Assembly: GCA_963781885.1 (NCBI GenBank)
Contig: CAWAHW010000005.1
Coordinates: 96,001 to 160,000, forward strand
DNA length: 64,000 nucleotides
Direction of reading: 5' to 3'
Source of the DNA: an uncultured Spirochaetota bacterium
GTDB taxonomy: Bacteria > Spirochaetota > Spirochaetia > SZUA-6 > Fen-1364
Position numbers and translations under genes: made by a program. Shown here piece after piece: positions 50,934 through 61,309 of the stretch (positions are counted from its first letter, which is position 1; the number at the start of each line of letters is the position of its first letter). Below the pieces are notes generated by a model. It was not told the origin of the DNA. It searched no databases and worked only from the letters and a program-made list of their open reading frames with translations.

Positions 50934-52841
50934 GTGAAAAGGCGCCGTTTTTCCATCATTCCTTTTGCCGTCCTCCTTCTTTGTGCTTTTGTGAGCGCAC
51001 CCGTTGCGGGACAGAACGCGGCGGGGGATGCCGCGGCGCGAAGCCAGGCGGATGAGTTCTTGAGACAGGCATCACTCCTCCCGACCTCAAACGCCGGTTC
51101 GGCCGCAAGCTCTCTTATCGCCGCCGCGCTCCAGCTTGCCCCGGACTACTCCGAGGCCCTCTATGCGCACGCGCGTCTTGCGCTTGCCGACCGCGGCACC
51201 ACGATGGAAGGCATCGTCGACCTTCGCGCCGCCGTCAAAAACGCGACGTGGAGCGCAACGGATCCGTCGGAAGCCGAGCTGCTGCTCGGGCAGTGCCTGC
51301 TTCGAACCGGAAACCTCGCGGAATCGCGCAGCATCGCGCAGCGCCTGGTGGACCGACGCCCTGACGACGGCCGTCATCTGCTTCTGCTCGCGCGCGTGCA
51401 GGAGCGCGGCAAGGACGCCGCGGGGGAGCAGAAGACCCTTTCCGATGCCGCCGTGCGGTTCCCCGACATGGACGATTTCCGCCTCCTCGCCGCGGCGCTG
51501 CGGGAGCGTCAGGGCCGGCACGCTGACGCCGTCACTGTCATTGCAACCGGCCTTCGCTATCACCCCGACAGCCTGCCGCTCCTTCTTGCCGCGGCCAGGC
51601 TCGAGCGAGACCCTGGAAAGCGGCTGGCGGCTGTTGCGCTGTATGCCGGCAAGGGCGGCACCGACCCGCTTGCCGATGTGATGGCCCTGGAATCGGCCCC
51701 GGCGCCGCAGAAACAGGGCTTTCTCACCAGTTTTCTTCGCCATGCCGGTCTGGGGCGGCAGGACCTGATCGACAGGGTCGTCGCCGCCGTCAGGTCGAGC
51801 AAGGCGCTTTCCGCGGCTCTCCAGACCGCTCTCACCGGCTACACCGGCATGCGCGACCTGGATGCCGATGGCGACGGCTACTGGGAGGATCGTTGGCAGT
51901 TCGACGCAGGGAGCGTCACGCACTGGACCGGGGAGCCTGAGCAAAACGGCGTTTTCCAGTACGCGTCGGATTTCAAGTCCGGCGCGCCGGCGACCTTCCG
52001 CTTTACCGCGGCGGGTAACGTCCCTGTCACCCTCACCTACAGCAGATATCCGTTCATCGAGAAGGCGGCACTGCGTGGCGGCGCGACCTATTTCGTCGTT
52101 CCTTACACACTTCAGTGCGCCTTTCTGCAGTCTGCCGCGCCGGGCGGATTTTCCGGGCTTTCCCCCCGCATCGCTTCCCGGATCGTCGTGCCGACGATGG
52201 ACCAGATCAGGCGGGGCTCGTCCCGCAGCGAAGACTATGCCGCTGACGGGGTCACCCTTCTGCGTCGTGTGAGCCTTTCCCGCGGGCTGCCGGTCTTCCT
52301 GGAGGAGGACACCAATGGCGACGGAGCCATCGACCATCGCGTCTGGTACGCCAATGGCGCTCCCGTCCGCGGCGAAAGATCGCTCGGCGACAGCGCCATC
52401 TTTTCCGTCAAGGAAACGTGGAAAAACGGGAAGCTTGTAGAAGAAATCTTCGATACCGATGGAGACGGTCGCCCCGATTATCGCGTAACTTATGGTGAGA
52501 ATCTAATGAAGGCGTGGGACTACAATGAGGATGGAAAGGATGACAGCAGGGAGTATCCCGGCCCGGGAGGCATCATTGTACGCGATATCTCCACTGCCTT
52601 GAACGGGGTTTTTGACGTGAAAGTACGGACGCAGGATGGGCGCATCGTGGGAGTTTCGAAGGCGGGAGTGGAGGAGAAGGTCGCTGTGGACGCGGGTCGT
52701 GGCGTCACCTGGATCGGAACGCCCGCCGCGGCAGGCGTGTCACTTGATACGGCCGCACCGGAGGGTGTGCAGGTCCTGGGGGCCCGCAGCTACCTCCTTT
52801 TCCGGTCCGCCGGCGTCACCTACGCGGAGGAAATCCCGTGA
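50934..52841 (+). CDS. Secreted TPR-repeat protein with DxxGDG motifs
   Basis: Signal peptide; TPR-like helices; DADGDG, DTNGDG, DTDGDG, DYNEDG. Confidence 0.7.
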   Translation: MKRRRFSIIPFAVLLLCAFVSAPVAGQNAAGDAAARSQADEFLRQASLLPTSNAGSAASSLIAAALQLAPDYSEALYAHARLALADRGTTMEGIVDLRAAVKNATWSATDPSEAELLLGQCLLRTGNLAESRSIAQRLVDRRPDDGRHLLLLARVQERGKDAAGEQKTLSDAAVRFPDMDDFRLLAAALRERQGRHADAVTVIATGLRYHPDSLPLLLAAARLERDPGKRLAAVALYAGKGGTDPLADVMALESAPAPQKQGFLTSFLRHAGLGRQDLIDRVVAAVRSSKALSAALQTALTGYTGMRDLDADGDGYWEDRWQFDAGSVTHWTGEPEQNGVFQYASDFKSGAPATFRFTAAGNVPVTLTYSRYPFIEKAALRGGATYFVVPYTLQCAFLQSAAPGGFSGLSPRIASRIVVPTMDQIRRGSSRSEDYAADGVTLLRRVSLSRGLPVFLEEDTNGDGAIDHRVWYANGAPVRGERSLGDSAIFSVKETWKNGKLVEEIFDTDGDGRPDYRVTYGENLMKAWDYNEDGKDDSREYPGPGGIIVRDISTALNGVFDVKVRTQDGRIVGVSKAGVEEKVAVDAGRGVTWIGTPAAAGVSLDTAAPEGVQVLGARSYLLFRSAGVTYAEEIP

Positions 52842-54610
52842 GGGCCGTCAGGAGCCTCGTCGTCCTGGCCGCGGCGCTTGCGACATTCGGCTGCGCGAGC
52901 ACGGGCACGGCGCAGCGGAAGCCGGTCCCGCTCCCCGCGGCCGAATCGAATGAGATCGGTGACCTCATTTCCAAGGGATCGTACCTGCAGGCTATCGGCA
53001 GGCTCGACGAGCTCAAGCGCGACCAGACGGCGCTGCCGGACGCCGACAAGCTGGAGTCTCAGGCGGAGACGGCCCTCGCGCAGGCTTTCACCGCTTCCGT
53101 CAATGACAAGAAGTACGACGATGCGCTGCGCCTGCTGGATTCCGCGCGCGCCATTGGCAGGGCGGACATCGCGGGAACCTGGACGGAGAAATCTCTCCTG
53201 GAGCAGATCGCCGCCGCGCAAGGAAAGGCCGGAGACGAGGTGCTCGAGCTCCTGACCCGTCTGCGCATCATCGGGCTGGATGCCCCGACGGAAGCGGATT
53301 TCACGGCTGCCCTCGCCGTTGCACGGGACCTTGGCAACCGCGCGGTGCTGCGCACACTGACCGCGCAGATGAAGGCCCACGGATTCGCGGCGCCAGAGGG
53401 CGCGGAAGACGCCACGCCGAGCTTCCCGAGCATGATCTCGGGAACCGTCACCATCGTGGTCAACAAGGGAATCAAGGTGGAAAACGGCGTCGGCTACGCC
53501 GACGGGGTCATCGGCAGCGGCTTTTTCATCGACAAGCGCGGCTACATCCTCACCAACCATCACGTGATCGAAAGCGAAGTCGACCCCAAGTACGAGGGAT
53601 ACTCGCGTCTGTTCGTTCGGCTGCCCAACAGCGCGCCGGGCGACAGGATCCCCGCAAAGGTGGTCGGATGGGACAAGACGTTCGACCTTGCCCTGATCAA
53701 GACCGAGGTGACGCCGGACTATATCTTCGGCGGCTCCATCGACCAGACCCTCACCCCGGGCGACAAGATATACGCCATCGGCTCGCCCGCGGGGCTGGAG
53801 CAGACGCTCACCGCGGGCATCATCTCCGCGATGGGCAGAAAGCTCATGCAGGTCGGCGACAGCATGCAGGTCGACGTACCGCTGAATCCGGGCAACAGCG
53901 GCGGCCCTCTTCTCAGCGACAAGGGAGACCTGATCGGTATTGTTTTTGCCGGCATCCAGCAGTTCGTGGGTCTGAACTTCGCCATTCCCTACACGTGGGT
54001 CCAGAAAGCGCTGCCGGCGCTGTACAAAGGTGGCCAGGCTGTGCACCCCTGGCTGGGCATGGCGGTGGCGGAGACGGACAAGGGCCTCGAGGTGGTCTAC
54101 ACGCTGCCGGACGAGCCGGCGGCTGTTTCAGGGATCAAGATCGGCGATATCGTCGAATCGGTGGATGGCGTTCCCTTCACGAAGATAACGGACATACAGG
54201 AAGCGGTCCTGCGCTATTCTTCTCCCTCCATCGTCACGGTCGCCTTCCGACGCGGGGGGACGGAATACACCGCGCGCGTGTGCCTTTCGGATAGGCCGGA
54301 TTCGCCCATAGAGGTGGCGCTGAAGCGGGACACGCGCGACAACGTGCTCTACCCGCTCTTCGGCTTCCGTCTGCAGAACGTCGGCACGTTCCTCTGGAAG
54401 GGCGACTATGTCGTGAAGCAGGTGATCAAGGGATCCGTCGCGGACGAAACCGGCATATCGCCCGACGATCCGCTCACGATCCAGGATTGGCAGGTCGACA
54501 CCGACAAGGGCTATGCCGTTCTGCAGGTGGTCATCAAGAAGAAGAGGGCGGGATTCCTGGAAAGCGCGATCCAGATCGCATCGTACCTGGACACGAACAT
54601 ATTCATCTGA
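52838..54610 (+). CDS. S1C (HtrA-like) serine protease lipoprotein with PDZ domain
   Basis: Lipobox FGC; GSGFFID..GYILTNHHV, DLALIK, NPGNSGGPL. Confidence 0.9.
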   Translation: MRAVRSLVVLAAALATFGCASTGTAQRKPVPLPAAESNEIGDLISKGSYLQAIGRLDELKRDQTALPDADKLESQAETALAQAFTASVNDKKYDDALRLLDSARAIGRADIAGTWTEKSLLEQIAAAQGKAGDEVLELLTRLRIIGLDAPTEADFTAALAVARDLGNRAVLRTLTAQMKAHGFAAPEGAEDATPSFPSMISGTVTIVVNKGIKVENGVGYADGVIGSGFFIDKRGYILTNHHVIESEVDPKYEGYSRLFVRLPNSAPGDRIPAKVVGWDKTFDLALIKTEVTPDYIFGGSIDQTLTPGDKIYAIGSPAGLEQTLTAGIISAMGRKLMQVGDSMQVDVPLNPGNSGGPLLSDKGDLIGIVFAGIQQFVGLNFAIPYTWVQKALPALYKGGQAVHPWLGMAVAETDKGLEVVYTLPDEPAAVSGIKIGDIVESVDGVPFTKITDIQEAVLRYSSPSIVTVAFRRGGTEYTARVCLSDRPDSPIEVALKRDTRDNVLYPLFGFRLQNVGTFLWKGDYVVKQVIKGSVADETGISPDDPLTIQDWQVDTDKGYAVLQVVIKKKRAGFLESAIQIASYLDTNIFI

Positions 54611-54637
54611 GGCGGCCGGCGGGCCCGCGCGCAGCCT

Positions 54638-55531
54638 TCAGACGCGCAGCTTCCTCATCGTCACCTCGGTGCCTTGCTCGCTGTATGAGACCTCGTCGAA
54701 ATAGATCTTCGTGAGGAATATCCCGCGGCCGTTGAAGGCGAGCAGGTTCTCCGGCTCCACCGCGGGCAGCGCGCGCCAGTTGAACCCCTCCCCGTCGTCT
54801 CTGATACTGATCTCGAAGAAAGAAGGGGTGAGCCGCGACGTGATGCGCACGGTGCGGTTCAGCGAATCGCTCGTGCGGGATCGTTCCGCGATCAGCTCGG
54901 CCAGTCTTCCGTCCTGGATTGCCTTGTTCTTTTCCTCGAAGCTGATGCCCAGGTTGCCGTGCTCGATGGCGTTCGTGATCATCTCCTCGATGCCGATCTT
55001 CAAGTTGAGGATCTCCGCTTCCGGCATGATGCAGGGCAGCTGCAGCGTGATCTGGTTGATCACGGGAAAATAAGGCGAATCGGCGTGCGGGAGCACGAAT
55101 GTCTTCGACTCCTCCACCAGGTGCGGGGAGAACAGCGACGAGCGCGCCGCCTCCAGGCGGAACTCCACGACCTTGCGGATTTCCTCGATCAGCTCGCGCA
55201 CATTGAACGGCTTCTTGAAGAAGTTCGTCGCGCCCCCGCGCAGGGCCTTCAGGAGCACGTCCTCGTTGCCCTGGCCGGTCATGAGGATCACCGTGGCGTT
55301 CCTGTCGATGCGCTTGATTTCCGTGAGGAGCGTGAGGCCGTCCATCTTCGGCATCATGATGTCGGAGACGACCAGGAGCGGCGACTGGGTCTTGAACAGC
55401 TCGACGGCCTGTTCGCCATCCTCCGCCTGGATCGGATCGAAGCCTTCGCGGTCGAGAAGACGCGAGAGCAGTGTACGGAGCGCCTGTTGATCGTCGACGA
55501 CTAGCACGCGTGGTTTTCCGCCGCTACTCAC
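54638..55531 (-). CDS. Response regulator: REC plus HATPase_c_2 (RsbW-like) output domain
   Basis: VLVVDD, SDIMMPKMDG, MTG, KPF; EEMITNAIEHGN, IRDDGEGFNW, GRGIFL. Confidence 0.88.
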   Translation of the reverse strand: MSSGGKPRVLVVDDQQALRTLLSRLLDREGFDPIQAEDGEQAVELFKTQSPLLVVSDIMMPKMDGLTLLTEIKRIDRNATVILMTGQGNEDVLLKALRGGATNFFKKPFNVRELIEEIRKVVEFRLEAARSSLFSPHLVEESKTFVLPHADSPYFPVINQITLQLPCIMPEAEILNLKIGIEEMITNAIEHGNLGISFEEKNKAIQDGRLAELIAERSRTSDSLNRTVRITSRLTPSFFEISIRDDGEGFNWRALPAVEPENLLAFNGRGIFLTKIYFDEVSYSEQGTEVTMRKLRV

Positions 55532-55538
55532 GCCGAAC

Positions 55539-55567
55539 AGGCTACGATTCGCGTCATGTGATGTCAA
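55539..55567 (-). promoter_or_regulatory. sigma70 promoter, leaderless, for response regulator
   Basis: TTGACA-N17-TAGCCT-N7-GTG. Confidence 0.65.
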
Positions 55568-55569
55568 GG

Positions 55570-55762
55570 CGTAGGCAGGGATGCCTATGCTCTCGCCGCG
55601 CCTTCCGCTCCTGGCGGAGCTGCGCGGCTGCCGCACTTCGGGGCGAGCGAGTGCACAAATGCCACCGGGTACGGTGGCCGCGGACGCACGTGAGCGAGCC
55701 CCGTAGGCAGGGATGCCGAGGGCGAGCGAGTGCAGGGACGCACGTGAGCGAGCCCCGTAGGC
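55570..55762 (+). repeat. Structured repeat, tandem copies C
   Basis: 27-bp direct repeat GGACGCACGTGAGCGAGCCCCGTAGGC at 55682-55708 and 55736-55762; CGTAGGCAGGGATGCC at 55570 and 55702. Confidence 0.85.
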
Positions 55763-55929
55763 CCGCCGCGAGCTTGCGGCGTTGGATATGAGAGAGCGCC
55801 GCGGCCCCGCGATTGCAGCGATGGCGTGCATTGGATATACTTCGCCCTCGCTATCGGCGCACATGCCGCGGAATACCGTGGCATCCGGGCGCAGGAAAGA
55901 CGTCACAGAGGCACAAGGGAGCATCCAGC

Positions 55930-57732
55930 TTGGAAACAAGCAGAATCCGCAATTTCTGCATCATCGCCCACATCGATCACGGCAAGTCGACGCTCGCGGA
56001 CAGGTTCATCCAGCGCGCGCGCATCGTCTCCGAACGCGATTTCCACGACCAGATCCTGGACAACATGGACATCGAGCGCGAGCGGGGCATCACCATCAAG
56101 AGCCAGGCGGTGGCCATCCCGTACGCGGCGAAGGACGGGAAGGAGTACATCCTGAACCTCGTCGACACGCCGGGACACGTGGACTTTTCCTACGAGGTCT
56201 CCCGGTCCATTTCGGCGTGCGAAGGCGCCGTGCTCCTGATCGATGCCAGCCAGGGCGTGGAGGCGCAAACGCTGGCCAACATGTACATGGCGCTGGAGCA
56301 CAACCTGGAGATCATTCCCGTGATCAACAAGATCGACCTTCCCAGCGCCGACATAGAAGGCGCCCGCCATCAGATCGATCACGACCTGGGGCTGGATTCG
56401 TCCACGGCCCTTCTGGTATCCGGGAAGCTCGGCACGGGCGTGGAGGAGCTGTGTGAAGCGATCGTCGAGCGCGTGCCCCCTCCCACCGGCAGCCCGGACG
56501 AGCCCCTGAAGGCCCTTATCTTCGACTCTCACTACGACGTCTATCGCGGCGTCATCGTGCACGTCCGCGTCTATACGGGGAACCTGCGCGCAGGGCAGAC
56601 GGTGCGATTCTGGTGGAACAGCTCGTCGTACAAGGTGGAGGAGACGGGCATCTTCCGCATCGGCCTCGTGCCCGTGCCGTCGCTGGGTCCGGGGGAGGTC
56701 GGCTATCTCATCGCGGGCATCAAGACCGTCGCCGACACGCGCGTCGGGGACACGGTGACCGACAACGACACCCCGTGCGCCGAGCCCTTGGCGGGCTTCC
56801 GCGACGTGAAGCCTGTCGTCTTTTCGTCGATCTACCCGGTCGATGCTAACGACTATGAAGAGCTCCTTGCCGCGATGGCGAAGCTGAAGCTCAACGACGC
56901 GTCGCTGATCTATGAGAAGGACTCCTCGGTCGCGCTCGGTTACGGCTTCCGCTGCGGCTTCCTGGGTCTCCTGCACCTGGAGATCGTGCAGGAGCGGCTG
57001 GAGCGCGAGTTCGAGATGTCCATCGTGTTCACCGCCCCCTCGGTGCAGTACGGCGTCACCCTGCAGGGCGGCAAGACCATGCTGGTCGACAACCCGTCGA
57101 ATTTCCCCGACCCTTCGCAGATCACGCGGGCGGAGGAGCCGTTCATCTCCGCGTCGATGATCACCCCCGCGACGTACCTGGGCAACATCATCACGCTCTG
57201 CCTGGAGAAGCGCGGCCTGCAGAAGAGCATGACCTATCTCGATGAGAAGCGGGTGGAGCTGGTCTTCGAGATGCCGCTTGCCGAGGTCGTTTTCGACTTC
57301 TACGACAGGCTGAAATCCGTGAGCCGCGGCTACGCGTCATTCGACTACCAGCTCATCGGCATGCGCGAGACGCAGCTTTCCAAGCTCGACATCCTCATCA
57401 ACGGGAAGATGGTGGATGCGCTGTCGCAGCTTGTCTTCCGCGGCAATGCCTACCAGACCGCGCGCCGCGTCTGTGAAAGGCTCCGCGACGAGATCCCGCG
57501 CCAGCAGTTCAAGATCGCCATCCAGGGCGCCATCGGGAGCCAGATCATCGCCCGGGAGACCGTCAACGCGTTCCGCAAGGACGTCACGGCAAAGTGCTAC
57601 GGCGGGGACATCACGCGGAAGCGCAAGCTGCTGGAGAAACAGAAAGAGGGCAAGAAGCGCATGAAGATGGTCGGGGACGTCGAGCTGCCCCAATCCGCCT
57701 TCCTCGCCGTGCTGAAGACCTCAGAGGACTGA
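55930..57732 (+). CDS. lepA: Elongation factor 4
   Basis: IRNFCIIAHIDHGKSTLADR, GFRCGFLGLLHLEI, KCYGGDITRKRKLLEKQK; upstream TTGCAG-N17-TATACT. Confidence 0.98.
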   Translation: METSRIRNFCIIAHIDHGKSTLADRFIQRARIVSERDFHDQILDNMDIERERGITIKSQAVAIPYAAKDGKEYILNLVDTPGHVDFSYEVSRSISACEGAVLLIDASQGVEAQTLANMYMALEHNLEIIPVINKIDLPSADIEGARHQIDHDLGLDSSTALLVSGKLGTGVEELCEAIVERVPPPTGSPDEPLKALIFDSHYDVYRGVIVHVRVYTGNLRAGQTVRFWWNSSSYKVEETGIFRIGLVPVPSLGPGEVGYLIAGIKTVADTRVGDTVTDNDTPCAEPLAGFRDVKPVVFSSIYPVDANDYEELLAAMAKLKLNDASLIYEKDSSVALGYGFRCGFLGLLHLEIVQERLEREFEMSIVFTAPSVQYGVTLQGGKTMLVDNPSNFPDPSQITRAEEPFISASMITPATYLGNIITLCLEKRGLQKSMTYLDEKRVELVFEMPLAEVVFDFYDRLKSVSRGYASFDYQLIGMRETQLSKLDILINGKMVDALSQLVFRGNAYQTARRVCERLRDEIPRQQFKIAIQGAIGSQIIARETVNAFRKDVTAKCYGGDITRKRKLLEKQKEGKKRMKMVGDVELPQSAFLAVLKTSED

Positions 57733-59337
57733 CGCCGCGTGCGCCATCCTCTGGCCGTAGTACCCGGCCGCCACCCGCACTCGCGCAAGGAAGCCCCTGT
57801 CCGGCGCCGCGGGATCCGGCTCGTCGGGGAAATGCACCCAGGCATAGTCCACATCGCGCAGGAGGCCACGAAGCTCATCCGTGACGGCCGTTCCCGGCGC
57901 CGCGCACGCCGACGACAGCTCCATGCACCTTTCAAGCCGCGCGCGCTCGGCGGCGAGAAAACCGGCAAGTGCATCGGTCTTGAATTGGCGCAGGCGATCC
58001 ACGTGCAGCCTTTCCTTTTGCGTGGCTGCCGACGATAGTCTCTCCTCCAGATCGGCGCCCGCTATCCTCCTGACGCCGAGGTCAAGGCCGCAGACCCCGC
58101 AGTCGAACACGCGTCCGGCGTGCTCCCGCGCCTGCTCCCTCAGGGAGTCCCTGTAGGAGAGGAGCACGGGATCGGTCAGCACGGCTTCCCCATCCTTCGA
58201 GGGCTCGCGGATGAGCTGTCGCCCGGCCATGGCGCGGTAGGAATCGAGGCCCACGGGAAGAAGGCGCGTGGAATCCGCGAGCATCTGAAGATGCGTCGGG
58301 CTTCCCTTCGCGTGCGTGCGGGACCGGGAAAAGGCGAAATCCAGCCCCGTGAGGTAGACCTCCGCCCGCGTGAGGCGCAGCGCCGCGTGCACGCCGGCGA
58401 CGCCGACGGAACCGAGGGCAGGGAAGGAGGTCGGCCGCAGACCGGCGTGCGAAAGCCTGTCGAAAAGCCGCAGGGGGGCGAAATCAGAGGAAAAGAAGCA
58501 TAGCCTGCCCGCCGCCAGGCGCGCGGCAACGGGGAACGACGACAGGTCGCAGGCGAGCACACTCTCCGGGGCGAGGCCCGGGACGAAGTCCCTCAGGTTG
58601 GCGGCCTGCGCCTCCAGGGCGATCACCACGTCGGGATGGATGCCGCGCGCTGCAAGGCAGGGCAGGGCGGTGTCGACAGAGACGAGCAGGAAGCGATCGC
58701 GCAGCCGGGCGATGAGGGGGATTGTCTCATCGAGTGAAGGGCCCGCCCCGGCAAGCAGCACGGGAAGATCCGTGGACAAGGCGCCGAAATCCGCCGCCTG
58801 TCCCAGCAGCGGCAGATTGGAGATGAGGTTGCGCACCTGCAGGCTCCCCAGGGCGATCAGGGTGAGCCTGTTCTGCCAGTATCGCTTCAGCTCCTGCTCG
58901 AGCGCGTGGAGGATGCGGCCGTAGACGACGGGTGCAAGCCGGTAGCCCGCGCTGAGAGGAATTTCCCGCACGCGGCGGAACCTGCCCGTGCCGAGGCTGC
59001 GCAGCGCCGCGGCAACGGCCGCCGGGTCGTCGGTGCGGATGATGGTGAGCCGCGGGTCGTGCGGCAGCCCCGACGCGATCGCGGTGCCCATCACCTCCTG
59101 GAACGCCTCGACGCAGAGCACCGCCCCGTCTGGCGGAAGCGCGTGGAGAAGCTGCTCGAGGCCATGCCCAAGGCCCACGGAAGGCACGTAGACGAGTGTC
59201 TTTGGGAGGGGTGAAAAAACGCGCGCCTTTCGGCGCGCGTACTCTGTCGGATCTTCGGATGGATAGAAGCGGACGCCCCGCCACTGGAGATTCGGTCCGT
59301 GCGGCGTCGGCAGGAGGAGAGGTTCCTCTCCCGGCAT
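57721..59337 (-). CDS. Maf/DUF115 (MptE-like, motility-associated factor) domain protein
   Basis: LLAGAGPSLDE, VDTALP.L...GI.PD, GSV, LTGLDFAF. Confidence 0.78.
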   Translation of the reverse strand: MPGEEPLLLPTPHGPNLQWRGVRFYPSEDPTEYARRKARVFSPLPKTLVYVPSVGLGHGLEQLLHALPPDGAVLCVEAFQEVMGTAIASGLPHDPRLTIIRTDDPAAVAAALRSLGTGRFRRVREIPLSAGYRLAPVVYGRILHALEQELKRYWQNRLTLIALGSLQVRNLISNLPLLGQAADFGALSTDLPVLLAGAGPSLDETIPLIARLRDRFLLVSVDTALPCLAARGIHPDVVIALEAQAANLRDFVPGLAPESVLACDLSSFPVAARLAAGRLCFFSSDFAPLRLFDRLSHAGLRPTSFPALGSVGVAGVHAALRLTRAEVYLTGLDFAFSRSRTHAKGSPTHLQMLADSTRLLPVGLDSYRAMAGRQLIREPSKDGEAVLTDPVLLSYRDSLREQAREHAGRVFDCGVCGLDLGVRRIAGADLEERLSSAATQKERLHVDRLRQFKTDALAGFLAAERARLERCMELSSACAAPGTAVTDELRGLLRDVDYAWVHFPDEPDPAAPDRGFLARVRVAAGYYGQRMAHAASVL

Positions 59338-59343
59338 CGCCGC

Positions 59344-60903
59344 CTACTGCTTCGCGCTGGAAGGCGCCACGTAGGTCGTGAAGGCGGTGTCGAAATTGTT
59401 CGTAAGCTTTTCCGGCGTCATCAGCACCGCGTACAAGTCGTACTGCAGCGACTGGCTGGCGACGTAGGGAACCCAGTTCGACACGATGGAGGCCGTGCTG
59501 TCGGCCATTTGCTGCTCGCCCTTCAGCTGCAGCACGAGCGCCTGGTCGTCCAGGACGACGGGAGCCGAGACCTGATCCTTCCCCAGCGTGAAGGCGCGGA
59601 AGAAGAAATCCTCAGAGTTCGCCGCGTTGGTCGGCGTGTCGGCATCCACTGTCGCCTTCAAGGGCGCGAAGGAGAAGACGCTGGAGAGGTTGACCGGGAA
59701 GAACACGGTGGAGGAGATCTTCAGGCCCATCTCCCGCGCGGCCGCGTTGAAGCCCACTTCTGCCGACCGCCGCGAGAGCTCGCCGGCGCGTCCGTTGAAG
59801 TAGTCCTCGATCTTGCCTTTCTCATACGTTGTGATGTAGGTGCGCACGTCGGCCTGGATGGCGGCGTTGGAGAAATCCGCGTCGGCTGCCTCCGCGTCGC
59901 AGCGGTAGATCATCCAGCCGAAAGTGCCCTTGAGGACGTCGCTCAGCTCCCCGGTCTTCAGCGCAAGGATCTTCTGGGCGTCCGCCTTGACGTTGAAGTC
60001 TGCCTCAAGGTCATAGGCGTAGCGCCAGCCCATGTCCCCGCCCTTGTCGGCGTAGCTGTCCTTGGAGTATGTCTTGGCGAGCTCCTCAAAGCTGCTGGTC
60101 TTGTCGAGGATCTTCTTCCTGATCTCCGTCGCCTGCGCCTCCGAGGTCTTCACGAGGATCCTGCTCACCTTTTCCCTCACGAAGCGGGACTTGTTCGCCT
60201 CACCGTACTTGCGCACCTCTTCATCCGGGAAGGACGTGAAGGGGAGGCTCACGAAGTTGAAGCTGCGCTCCGGAAGGATCATCGCCTTGATGAAATCCGT
60301 TTCCTTGGACCCGTCCCGGACGCCGGATGCCAGGTCATTCACGACGGTCTGCGACACGAGGTTTTCACGCGTGATCTTCCGCGTCGAGGCCTTGTCCGCA
60401 GCCGATGCCGCGGTGAACTTGTCCTCGCTGAACTTGCCATTGTCGTCCAGGTAGCCGGGGTAGCTCAGGAGGGCCTTGTCGACCGCGTCTTCGGAGATGC
60501 TCACACCGGCGCGATCCGCCTGTTGGAGGATGGCAAAGTGCTCGGCCGTGCTCATGAAGGCCTGGTACCAGACCTGGTAGGTCTGCGCCGCGTTGTCCGT
60601 GCTTCCGGAGTTGTTGCCCTGCACCTGGTTGGCGAATGCCTGGACCTGTTGGGCGAAGTAGTTGCCCTGCGCATAGGAGATTTCCTGGCCGCCATAGGCC
60701 CCGAAAACGATGTTCCCGCCGCTGCCGATGGTTCCCCGACCCATGATTCCGCCGGGACCCGCGAGCACGAAGCTCACGACGATGACGACGAGCAGAACAA
60801 TAAGGCCCACGTACATGAGGGGGTGGGTCTGCTTGCGCTTCTCTATCGATTCGGAGACACTCTCTCCCTTTTTCTGCTGCGCTCTCCTGAACTCTCGTGA
60901 CAT
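59344..60903 (-). CDS. SurA/PpiD-like membrane-anchored peptidyl-prolyl isomerase
   Basis: N-terminal TM; parvulin motif SFEELAKTYSKD..A.KGGDMGW, GELSDV. Confidence 0.82.
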   Translation of the reverse strand: MSREFRRAQQKKGESVSESIEKRKQTHPLMYVGLIVLLVVIVVSFVLAGPGGIMGRGTIGSGGNIVFGAYGGQEISYAQGNYFAQQVQAFANQVQGNNSGSTDNAAQTYQVWYQAFMSTAEHFAILQQADRAGVSISEDAVDKALLSYPGYLDDNGKFSEDKFTAASAADKASTRKITRENLVSQTVVNDLASGVRDGSKETDFIKAMILPERSFNFVSLPFTSFPDEEVRKYGEANKSRFVREKVSRILVKTSEAQATEIRKKILDKTSSFEELAKTYSKDSYADKGGDMGWRYAYDLEADFNVKADAQKILALKTGELSDVLKGTFGWMIYRCDAEAADADFSNAAIQADVRTYITTYEKGKIEDYFNGRAGELSRRSAEVGFNAAAREMGLKISSTVFFPVNLSSVFSFAPLKATVDADTPTNAANSEDFFFRAFTLGKDQVSAPVVLDDQALVLQLKGEQQMADSTASIVSNWVPYVASQSLQYDLYAVLMTPEKLTNNFDTAFTTYVAPSSAKQ

Positions 60904-61057
60904 TGCCTTTTCCTGTGTGGGTGTGATGGATTCCGATCTGAAAGAAAATAGCACGGCCCGGAATGCGTGTCAACGACCCGGTGTGCCGCCGGGCGCCCGC
61001 GGCATCGGCATCCAGCGCCGCAGGTCCGCCGCAGGCGCGCTTCCATGCCGACGCCCC

Positions 61058-61086
61058 TTGACAGCTCACACACCCGCGGCTACATT
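61058..61086 (+). promoter_or_regulatory. sigma70 promoter of tRNA-Asp
   Basis: TTGACA-N17-TACATT, 9 nt upstream of tRNA. Confidence 0.75.
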
Positions 61087-61095
61087 CACCGTCAC

Positions 61096-61169
61096 GGGGG
61101 CGTGGCGAAGCTGGTTATCGCGCTGGCCTGTCAAGCCGGAGGCCGCGGGTTCAAGTCCCGTCGCTCCCG
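61096..61169 (+). tRNA. tRNA-Asp(GTC)
   Basis: GGGGGCG acceptor, CTGGC-CTGTCAA-GCCGG anticodon arm, GGTTCAAGTCC. Confidence 0.95.
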
Positions 61170-61309
61170 CATTTTTTTCCCGCTGTTTGCGGTTTTCCTA
61201 ACACTTCCCTCCCGGTAGCCAATAGTGTGCACTCTATTCGGTTTCTGGGAGGGAATACCTATGGTATGATCTATCCGATAGAGTCTTCTTTGGAAAAGCT
61301 TGGCCCCAG

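Noticed and set aside
55570-55762. Mini CRISPR array
   Set aside because: Only two 27-bp repeats, the intervening DNA is itself repeated, and there are no cas genes; it belongs to the dispersed repeat family
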